Source: Octopus sinensis
Lineage: Eukaryota
Reading direction: 5' to 3'
DNA: 18,146 nt
NCBI RefSeq assembly: GCF_006345805.1
Contig: NW_021824767.1
Coordinates: forward strand, 1 to 18,146
In this document: in pieces, positions 1 through 8,954 of the stretch
Layout: each line of letters begins with the position of its first letter
Position numbering within the stretch: the first letter of the stretch is position 1
Notes under the pieces: generated by a model
What the model was told of the DNA's origin: nothing
The model's input: the letters and a program-made list of their open reading frames with translations, nothing else
Databases searched by the model: none
Made by a program: the position numbers and the translations under genes

Positions 1-169
1 ACCTCCACAACAACCACCACCACTCTCTACCCAGCAGTACAACTGCAGTAATGTGTTATGTGCTGAACACAGTGTAACCGGATTTGTTTAAAAACAAATA
101 AAATAAGAACGATGGCGGAGGTGGCGGGAAACTGGTATTTCACCTACATTTTAACTGACATCGACTAAC

Positions 170-406
170 ACATACACACATACATAAAGATACACAAACA
201 CACACGTACACACACACATACACACATACATACATACATACATACATACATACATACATACACACTTCCATATATATATATACCAAATATAGATGAAATT
301 TATTTATCTATCTACTTATATGTATATACACACTTAATATATTGTTTATATATATATATGTTTGTGTGTGTGTGTATGTATATAATAATATATATACATA
401 TATAAC

Positions 407-437
<31 letters not shown>

Positions 438-482
438 ATTTTATATATGTATATATATTGTATATATATATACATATATATA

Positions 483-513
<31 letters not shown>

Positions 514-768
514 GCATATATACGTATATATCCAGATATACATGAATATATATATATATATATGTTTATATATATATATATATATATAATATATATATAT
601 TATATATATAATAATATGCCGATATACGTATATATACATATATATATGTTTGTGTGTGTATATATAATATATATATATATATATGTTATATATATATCAA
701 AATATACATATATATATTATTTAAATACATATATACATACACATATATACATACACACACATATATAT

Positions 769-817
<49 letters not shown>

Positions 818-845
818 TATAATCTATTCGTGTGTGTGTATGTAA
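170..845. repeat. Compound microsatellite (CA)n/(CATA)n/(TA)n
   Basis: Directly visible runs of CATA, CA and TA. The YI-rich ORFs here are artefacts of the repeat. Confidence 0.95.
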
Positions 846-1159
846 TTATATGCTTGCTCTATATTATGTATGTGCGTATGTAGTAAGAATGTAATTGAAA
901 ACAACATCATTCCACTTTACTGCAGTTCTGTTGGCAGATTTAACAAAAGAAACGCAGTCAGTTGTAACTCTGGGCTCGTTTTTTTTTGCTCCATTTATAA
1001 TTTGCTTCTGTAATTTATTACATTCTACATTATGGTACATTATATGTTATATATTGTCTTATTATAATATTCATATCTTATTCGTACATTATTCATATTA
1101 TTATCGGGACTTTTATTACTGTTGTTGTATGTACTTTAGTACAATAATTACCTTAGATA

Positions 1160-1239
1160 TCATGTGTGTGTATGTGTGTATGTGCCTGTGGGTGCGCGCG
1201 TGTGTGCTTGTCTATGTGTGTATGCATATACATATATAT

Positions 1240-1270
<31 letters not shown>

Positions 1271-1448
1271 GTATGTACGTATGTATGTATGTACGTATAT
1301 ATATATGTATGTACGTATGTATGTATGTATGTACGTATGTATGTATGTATGTATGTATGTATGTATATATGTATGTATGTATATGTATATATATATATTC
1401 ACACATAAATGTATACATATATGTATGTGTATGTATGTATGTGTGTGT

Positions 1449-1485
<37 letters not shown>

Positions 1486-1502
1486 GTGCGTGTGCGTGTG
1501 TG
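1160..1502. repeat. Compound microsatellite (TG)n/(TA)n/(TATG)n
   Basis: Directly visible di- and tetranucleotide runs. Confidence 0.95.
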
Positions 1503-1783
1503 TAGATTCCGCAGCTGCACAACCGGAAATAGGGTGGGGCTGGCTACGATATGACTTTTGGAAGAAATAGGGTTTCACGATAGCGTAGAAAGAGGGAGGG
1601 GGCAAATAGGGGCCATAAAAATGTAAGTATTACGGGAAAAATATAAGGGGTCAGGAGTCAAGGATCCTTAAATTATGTAGCTTTAACCGCTCCGCCCCTC
1701 CCCCACCCGCTCTCCTCTCCTCTTTCCACACCTCCCACCACTTCTTTTCTTTAAACGGCTTTCTTTTAAGTGAATGCTCAAAC

Positions 1784-1893
1784 TGTTGCTGCTGCTGTTG
1801 TAGTTGTAGTTGTTGTTGTTGTTATTGTTGTCGTTGTTGTTGTTTAGCCCTAGGTTGACCACTGTCAAGCAGACCGATAATCAAAGTCATTCC
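1784..1893 (-). repeat. (GTT)n trinucleotide tract plus adjacent sequence; probable (AAC)n-tailed 3' end of an old retroposon on the minus strand
   Basis: The (GTT/GCT)n tract at 1784-1844 is seen directly. The adjoining TTTAGCCCTAGGTTGACC...AAGTCATTCC resembles, from memory, the tail of an abundant octopus retroposon; not verified. Confidence 0.5.
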
Positions 1894-1930
1894 CTTATTA
1901 TCATATTCAGTGTAAAGCAAGCACAATGAC

Positions 1931-2022
1931 GGATTCGTTACATGCCGAACAAAATGCTTCGCAACATTTATTTCGGCTTGCATTTGAATTCCTTTCATCT
2001 TTACGGGTTCGATAAAATAAAT
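1931..2022 (+). mobile_element. Old, internally deleted SINE related to family B
   Basis: GATTCGTTA..GCCGAACAAAATGCTT and CCTTTCATCTTTACGGGTTCGATAAAATAAA align to the head and body of the family-B copy at 3468-3700. Confidence 0.55.
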
Positions 2023-2023
2023 G

Positions 2024-2255
2024 CCTAATTCTTTACTACCCACAAGGGGCTAAACACAGAGGGGACAAACAAGGACAGACATAGGTATTAAGTCGATTAC
2101 ATCGACCCCAGTGCGTAACTGGTACTTAACTTATCGACCCCGAAAGGATGAAAGGCAAAGTCGACCTCGGCGGAATTTGAACTCAGAACGCAACGGCAGA
2201 CGAAATACGGCTACGCATTTCGCCCGGCGTGCTAACGTTTCTGCCAGCTCGCCGC
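2024..2255 (-). mobile_element. SINE family B, full-length monomer (tRNA-like head)
   Basis: Near-identical to the copies at 3468-3700, 4520-4753 and 13623-13858. Sense strand starts GCGGCGAGCTGGCAGAAACGTTAGC (A-box-like) and contains GTTCAAATTCC (B-box-like). Confidence 0.92.
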
Positions 2256-2371
2256 TATACCAGTGATGCATTGGGGTTGATGCTATTCAGTTGGTCCCTC
2301 CTCAACAGTTTCAGGCCTTGTGCCTATGCTAGCAAGAACTCCCATGTCCAATGTATTCTCTCCCTGTTATT

Positions 2372-2456
2372 GATTGCAATCTTTATTACATTGTTCAATA
2401 TGTCCGTTATATTATTTTAAGGCGGTAGGGTATGAATCGGCTGCTATTTCTAGCAT
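2372..2456 (-). mobile_element. Fragment of an old dispersed repeat (GGCTGCTATTTCTAG motif)
   Basis: The motif has a partial inverted match at 7075-7090 (CTAGAAAGAGCAGCC). From memory it may belong to the same element as the tail at 1784-1893, split by later SINE insertions; not verified. Confidence 0.35.
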
Positions 2457-3175
2457 GTCATTGTTTCGTCTTTTAGAATAGGGACAGAGACATCTCGCTC
2501 GCAACGAAACTTCTCCCGCATTCAGTTCGGAAATCTACCACAGAAGAAATCTTCTGAAAGTCCCATATAAGAAACAATAGTTAAACCTTTCCTTAGATTA
2601 AAGCCTCGAATATCAGTTACATATATATATCTCAGCGCAGAAGCGCCCCACTACAGCTTGTTATCTAACTGCAGTTTGCCCCCCTTGCTAAAAAGTCTCA
2701 TTATTCCTAATCTAGATGATGCGATCAAACCTTCCTCTCTCTCTCTTTCTCTCCGACTTCCATTGTGTGTGTGTTGTGTGTGTGTGTGATAGATGTGCAA
2801 TTGTGTGTTACTTTTTTTTTTTTTAATGTGTACGCGTTAATCGTGGTGGATGTGAGGTGGGGATTTACACGCATGATTTTGTGGGGAACTGTGTATGAAA
2901 GAGGTGGAGGTGGAGGTGAAAAAGTGGAGCAAAAAAAGAGACAGAAAGATATCTGGAGAAAAAGGTGACTGGCGGTGGAACATTATAGGTCGGTTGTTAT
3001 AGACTATAAGAAGACAGACAGAAAGGCATTCAGAGAGAAATTGGCTGATAGAGATAATGTGAGAGAGAGAGAGAGACGGAAAAGAAATAAAGGAAGAGAG
3101 AGACGAAGAAGGGTTGGAAAAGGCGAGAAGAGTCGTGTGAGAACTGGGGACTAAGGGAAATGAGAAGGCACGTTG

Positions 3176-3298
3176 AGCAGACGACACACATTATGTGGCC
3201 AAATAGAAAGCAGACACAACACATGGCATTAGCAGCAGACGACACACATTATGTGGCCAAATAGAAAGCAGACACAACACACGGCATTAGCAGCAGAC
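3176..3298. repeat. Tandem duplication, 58-bp unit x2 plus a partial third
   Basis: AGCAGACGACACACATTATGTGGCCAAATAGAAAGCAGACACAACACAYGGCATTAGC at 3176-3233 and 3234-3291, with one mismatch. Confidence 0.95.
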
Positions 3299-3467
3299 AC
3301 AACAACACAACGTGCAAGGGCCATTCAGAAGAGAATCAAAGTACAATATTCTAATCTCCTTCAAACTAGAACCTTCTGAGTTCACTGCACTTGTTCTGGC
3401 GCTCCAGCCACTTTGTGAAGACTGTGGAATTCCTCCAAAATGGAGGTCTCCGGGACCCTTCTCATCG

Positions 3468-3700
3468 AGGCGGCGAGCTGGCAGAAACGTTAGCACGCCG
3501 GGTGAGATGCGTAGCCGTATTTCGTCTACCGTTACGTTCTGAGTTCAAATTTCGCCGAGGTCGACTTTGCCTTTCATCCTTTCGGGGTCGATAAATAAAG
3601 TATCAGTTTCGCACTGGGGTTGATATAATCAACTTAATCCCTTTGTCTGTCCTTGTTTGTTCCCTCTATGTTTAGCCCCTTGTGGGCAATAAAGAAATAT
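3468..3700 (+). mobile_element. SINE family B monomer inserted in the transposase remnant
   Basis: Full alignment to the other B copies. Interrupts the transposase between LEDI and the C-terminal helix. No TSD seen. Confidence 0.92.
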
Positions 3701-4115
3701 ATCTTCTAAACAATCACCCCTGGTGTTCCCCTTCAGTTTGAGGAACAACCAAAAATCACAGACAGTTCTGATGCCCGTCACTATCAAGTGCTTGGTTACC
3801 AGGATGCTTATCACTGAGCTCCCTCGGAAAAACCTTTGCACAAATTTGGCGCATGTTCAGATCTTCATAAATAATTCAGTACACGGTTGCCACACGAACA
3901 CCAAACAATATACTTATTGTCTTCATGCAGAAAACATTCAAATTTTCACAACCAACCCTGATGTTCTAACCCCATCTCCCTCCCACTGCTTTCATCATCT
4001 CTCATTTCTTCTGTACCGTCCTTGAAATTCTTGTGCCAACGAAAAAGTTAATCCAGAAGTAATCTGGGGACATTTCATAAGTTTCCTACAGCACTTTTGT
4101 TCAATTTAACACAAA

Positions 4116-4222
4116 ACGTTATTGTACAGCGAATTTCGAAATTGTCTTCACGTTATTGTACAGCGAATTTCGAAATTGTCTTCACGTTATTGTACAGCGA
4201 ATTTCGAAATTGTCTTCACGTT
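4116..4222. repeat. 34-bp unit x3 (ACGTTATTGTACAGCGAATTTCGAAATTGTCTTC) plus a terminal ACGTT
   Basis: Perfect copies start at 4116, 4150 and 4184. Each contains the 12-bp palindrome AATTTCGAAATT. Lies in the first codons of the transposase. Confidence 0.95.
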
Positions 4223-4371
4223 CCGACAGCATTCTGCAAACTAATCAGTTGTGACCAGCTTTGTTTAGCAGAGTGTGATCAAAGTGGTGTTACAGCCGCC
4301 TCTTACAATCTGGAATAACAAAAGGTGGCAGGTTAGCTTATTAGATGTATACCAATGATATATTAAAATTA

Positions 4372-4753
4372 TTTTCTACTCTAGGCACAAAACCCGAAAT
4401 TTTAGGGGAGGGAGCCAGTCGGTTAAATCCTTGGTACTTAAATATCGACCTTGAAAGGATGAAAGGCAAATTCGACTTCGTTGGAATTTGAACTCAGAAC
4501 ATAAAGACAGACGAAATACCTATTTCTTTACTACCCACAAGGGGCTAAACACAGAGAAGACAAACAAGGACAGACAAACGAATTGAGTCGATTACATCGA
4601 CCCCAGTGCGTAACTGGTACATAATTTATCGACCCCGAAAGGATGAAAGGCAAAGTCGACCTCGGCGGAATTTTAACTCAGAACGTAACGGCAGACGAAA
4701 TACGGCCACGCATTTCGCCCGACATACTAACGTTTCTGCCAGCTCGCCGCCTT
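4372..4753 (-). mobile_element. Dimeric SINE family B with TSD
   Basis: A full monomer (4520-4753) is joined to a head-truncated second monomer with a different tail (4372-4519). Flanking direct repeats AATGATATATTAAwATTA at 4354-4371 and 4754-4771 match 17/18. Confidence 0.9.
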
Positions 4754-4886
4754 AATGATATATTAATATTACAATATTCCAGGAGAGTTATAACTGCTCC
4801 GACTAAAAAGTCTCAAAATTTCTGGAATGTCCTCATAATGATATTTGTTTTGTCTAATATGTCATAATTGTAATTTTTATTTCATA

Positions 4887-5388
4887 TCTATATATATAAA
4901 ACTGTAGTTGTGTGAGTGTCTGTCCCCTTCGATTTAGATTCCTAACTACTCCCACATTTTGCGGTGCAGTTTAACCAAATTCGGGTATCTTATAGTCGTG
5001 ATTCATATCGAGCCCGTCTGAGTATTAGCGCGCGTCTACGATTTTAAAAATAATTTAACATCATTTTTTATTCCATTTTAATGCATAATTTTTCGTGTGT
5101 CGATATCGGCGGAGTTGGCGTCCATGGTCACACCTGCATCTGTTTGCTTCTCCCCCTTCTTCCCTCCCTCGTGAAGCTGTGGGGAAGGGAGTGTAAGGAA
5201 ATCAACGTCGTAAAGCGTTGTCAAGGAGACCAGCGTTCTTTTAGAACAACGACTTCATGGCTTGAAGACACCAAAACAGAAATGGCTAAGAAAGCCCAAA
5301 TTGGCATCTATAAGGGAAGTAACTCTCTAAAAATGCTTATATAGTTATTTCCCTTACAAACCCGAGCAACACCGGGCGATACTGCTAG
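4887..5388 (+). mobile_element. Non-autonomous Helitron, copy 1 (502 bp)
   Basis: Host A then TC at the 5' end (A4886|TCTATATATATAAAA). GC-rich hairpin CCCG-AGCAACAC-CGGG at 5361-5376, then 8 nt, then CTAG|T. No TSD. Both ends are shared with 12831-13227. Confidence 0.85.
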
Positions 5389-5475
5389 TCATTTATATAA
5401 CAATCATATTTAAGAAATATATTGAGCATCATTTAGAATTAATATCGTTCGCTAACCTTTCTTAATCGTTTGATA

Positions 5476-5680
5476 TTTTTTGTTATTCGCTTCAGTCATT
5501 TGACTGCGGCCACGCTGGAGCACCGCATTTAGTCGAACAAATCGACCCCAGGACTTATTCTTTGTAAGCCTAGTATTTATTCTATAGGTCTCTTTTGCCG
5601 ATCCGCTAAGTTACGGGGACGTAAACACACTAGCATCGGTTGTCAAGCGATGTTGGGGAAGAGGGTAAACACTGACACAT
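5476..5680 (-). mobile_element. SINE family A, 3' half only
   Basis: Reverse complement of the 3' module of the copy at 7763-8180. Homology stops at the internal microsatellite. Confidence 0.88.
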
Positions 5681-6332
5681 AAGCATATATATATATATAT
5701 GTAGAGAGAGAGAGAGACTGCTTAGCCTTCCTCGGATGTGGTACATTTGATTCCATCTTGGCTTTGAATAGTGTAATCAAGTGTAATCAGGTGTGTCTAG
5801 TTAGGTGTGTCAACTTCAAGTTTTTTTGTTTGTAGAGGTTCACAAAAGAATGTGGGTAGGTGGGAAGGTTTGCTGATCAGTAGATGTGCAACTAGGTTTA
5901 GTTTGGACAATAATGAGAGATTTCACCTGTTTGTTTTTGAAGAGATGGAGGTTATAGATGAGATAACAGGGGCAAGTGCATATTCCGCTTAAAAAAAGCT
6001 ACAACTCACAAAAAAAAAAACGATAAATTTAGGAAAGGACTACATCGCTTCTATTAAAAACTGAAGGTGACACACCTAAATAGATATGCCTCATTACAAA
6101 GTTCCACATGCATGACTCCAACTTTAAGCAATAAAAGTCTTCCATAATATCTTTCCATAAGAACTTACCCTAAAACTAAATTAGTATTAACAAAGCTCCA
6201 CTTAGCCCAGAAAAATTGAACTTATCAGAAACTATACAATGCCAAGATGAACTCAAACGCACTACACTCCGATAAGTGCCAAGAAAGCCAAAACTTCGAA
6301 ATCAAGGTCAACACTATTCTTATCAAAAGAAT

Positions 6333-6337
6333 ATGTG

Positions 6338-6398
<61 letters not shown>

Positions 6399-6563
6399 TA
6401 TATATATGCATACATATATATATACATATGTATATACATACATATACATATATACATATATACATATTTACATATATATACATATATATATATATGTATG
6501 TATGTATGTATGTATGCATGCATGCATGCATGTATGTATGTATGCATGTATGTATGTATGTAT
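6333..6563. repeat. Compound microsatellite (TA)n/(TATG)n/(CATG)n
   Basis: Directly visible. Confidence 0.95.
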
Positions 6564-6788
6564 AGAGTGTTAGGTGTGATGTGCAGAAATTGAATATTGA
6601 GAATTAAATGCCGTCAGAATTTTGGAAAGAAATATTTTTATTTCTTTATTATTATTACCGCTTTCGTTCGTTTCTCGAACTCGTCAAATATATATATAAA
6701 CATATATGCATTCGGTGCGAATGGTTTTTATACGGCGCCGTTTTTACAATCCTGTAAATAATAATAATGGTACTTTTATATAAACTTA

Positions 6789-6980
6789 AAGCTTATGCCG
6801 ATCACCGTGCAATGACTAAGGAAAATAATCTAATAAAGGAGCATATAAGCCCTCGACAGAAAAAGAAGGCTGTCCTATCCGCGTGGGGGGAAAGCCTTCT
6901 TTTTTCTGTCGAGGGCTTATATGCTCCTTTATTAGATTATTTTCCTTAGTCATTGGACGGTAATCGCCATACACATTAAG

Positions 6981-6983
<3 letters not shown>
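6789..6983. repeat. Long inverted repeat / foldback (MITE-like or hairpin-RNA-like)
   Basis: Arm 6810-6871 is the reverse complement of 6893-6955 apart from one extra T; loop 21 nt. Imperfect pairing extends out to AAGCTT at 6789-6794 and 6978-6983. Confidence 0.93.
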
Positions 6984-7039
<56 letters not shown>

Positions 7040-7146
7040 CAATATAGGAATGGCCTGATAGGCCATTCGACTCACTAGAAAGAGCAGCCAGACCGCTGGT
7101 AGCGGAGAATTTTTTCTAGAATTTTTTGCTACCCTGATATTTATTA

Positions 7147-7239
<93 letters not shown>

Positions 7240-7252
7240 TGATGTATGTATG

Positions 7253-7301
<49 letters not shown>
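6984..7301. repeat. Two (TA)n/(TATG)n tracts (6984-7035 and about 7146-7301)
   Basis: Directly visible. Confidence 0.93.
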
Positions 7302-7303
<2 letters not shown>

Positions 7304-7762
7304 AGCATAAATCTTTAGGGCGACAATATGGTTGGTTAGTGACATCTTTAACCAACCCGCTATGAACTATTTTCGAGATTTTTCCCATCCACCATATTTT
7401 GACCTATCACTGACTATTAGGCCAACGCAGTCATTGTTCAGATTTAATATTAAATTAAACATCTATTTCCTTTCTTTAAAGAGATTGTTGGCTATAATCA
7501 TTGCATACGTGGATGACTATCAAAAGACAACAATTGTTTTCAACGCTAAATTTCAAAATTAGCCTAAAGCAACAATAGGTCGAATATAGACTTCATGTCG
7601 AACAATAACAAAGAGCGAGAAAATTGGTGACTGAGATCTGCGTCGTCGCAAGAAACGTGATGTTGGCTGAGTTTTGATTCAAGAATATTTGGTAGGGAAA
7701 AGCGGGATCTGATGCGTCAGGATTGTGAGCACGTATGTATACTATGTATATTATACATTATA

Positions 7763-7950
7763 GGGGCAGGAGTGGCTGTGTGGTAAGTAGCTTGCTAACC
7801 AACCATATGGTTCTGGGTTCAGTCCCACTGCGTGGCATCTTGGGCAAGTGTCTTCTGCTATAGCCCCGGGCCGACCAATGCCTTGTGAGTGGATTTGGTA
7901 GACGGAAACTGAAAGAAGCCTGTCGTATATATGTATATATATATATGTGT

Positions 7951-7984
<34 letters not shown>

Positions 7985-8180
7985 CTGTGTTTGTCCCCCT
8001 AGCATTGCTTGACAACCGATGCTGGTGTGTTTACGTCCCCGTTACTTAGCGGTTCGGTAAAAGAGACCGATAGAATAAGTACTGGGCTTACAAAGAATAA
8101 GTCCCGGGGTCGATTTGCTCGACTAAAGGCGGTGCTCCAGCGTGGCCGCAGTCAAATGACTGAAACAAGTAAAAAGAGTA
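7763..8180 (+). mobile_element. SINE family A, full length (tRNA-like head, CORE-like segment, internal microsatellite, 3' module)
   Basis: A-box-like TGGCTGTGTGGTAAG and B-box-like GGTTCAGTCCC. CCTTGGGCAAGT-type segment resembles the CORE-SINE domain. Ends in an AAAAGAG tail. Six related copies in the window. The published family name is not assigned. Confidence 0.9.
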
Positions 8181-8280
8181 TACACACACGCGCGCGCATG
8201 CACTCATACCCACACTTAGACACGCTCTTACATACATACATACATACATACGTACATACATTCGTACATTTATGCATACA

Positions 8281-8433
8281 TGTGGTAAGTACCTTGCTTA
8301 CCAACCACATGGTTCCGGGTTCAGTCCCACTGCGTGGCACCTTGGGCAAGTGTCTTCTACTATAGCCTCGGGTCGACCAAAGCCTTGTGACTGGATTTGG
8401 TAGACGCAGACTAAAAGAAGGCCGCCGTATATA

Positions 8434-8472
<39 letters not shown>

Positions 8473-8721
8473 CTGTGTGTGTGTATGTGTGTGTGTCTGT
8501 GTCTGTGTCTGTGTGTGTGTCTGTGTATGTATATACCATCGCTTGACAACCGATGCTGGTGTGTTTACGTCCCGGTAACTTAGCGGTTCGGCAAAAGAAT
8601 GGATATAAGTACTAGATTTGCAAAGAATAAGTCCTGGGGTTGATTTCTTCTATTAGAATCCTTTAAGGTGGTGCTCCAGCATGGCCGCAGCCAAATGGCC
8701 GAAACAAGTAAAAGAATAAAG
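8281..8721 (+). mobile_element. SINE family A, second tandem copy (lacks roughly the first 14 nt)
   Basis: Aligns end to end with 7763-8180 and 11895-12289. Confidence 0.9.
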
Positions 8722-8954
8722 GGATATGTTTCTCAAATAAATTCGCGTCAAGTTGCGCAATAATCTCCGCTCTTCATTAATTGACAAGCCTCCTACACAA
8801 GCAGACGATTTACTTTCAATATTGACTCTGACATTCTTTTATTCTGGTTTTCTACATTCATATCTTCTTTTGTTCTCTACAATCAGAAGACAAAGTTAGT
8901 ATATATGCACTCAGTAAGCTATAGTAGCAGCTCTAAGTAAGAGGAATATGAGGT

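Larger units (their letters stand above)
3351..4232 (-). pseudogene. Mariner transposase pseudogene (frameshifts, stops, internal deletions)
   Basis: Manual translation of the minus strand gives, in order: MLSEREDNFEIRCTITFCVKLNKS; FRWHKNFKDGTEEMRDDESSGR; EDLNMRQICAKVFPRELSD (WVPHEL-like motif); SILVTKHLIVTGIRTV-CDFWLFLKLK (YSPDLAPxDFxLF region with YSPDLAP deleted); FTKWLERQNKC...FEGD* (stop at 3353-3351). Confidence 0.88.
3313..4836 (-). mobile_element. Decayed mariner (Tc1/mariner superfamily) DNA transposon with two nested SINE-B insertions
   Basis: Transposase remnants run in colinear order on the minus strand. Degenerate TIR-like ends: TATGAGGACATTCCAGAAA (minus, from 4836) and TGCAAGGGCCATTCAGAAG (plus, from 3313). 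Exact ends are approximate. Confidence 0.8.

Noticed and set aside
308-1554. Many YI/CV/HT-rich ORFs (also 6225-6593, 7116-7388, 15758-17134)
   Set aside because: Produced by (TA)n, (CA)n and (TATG)n tracts.
5740-6330. Possible very old LINE endonuclease remnant
   Set aside because: Hand translation gave no convincing motif; left unannotated.
7763-7835. tRNA gene
   Set aside because: A- and B-box-like motifs are the heads of multi-copy SINEs; no complete cloverleaf could be drawn.
8887-8913. 27-nt micro-exon after a long polypyrimidine tract
   Set aside because: Too short to evaluate without RNA data; alternative GT sites are equally plausible.
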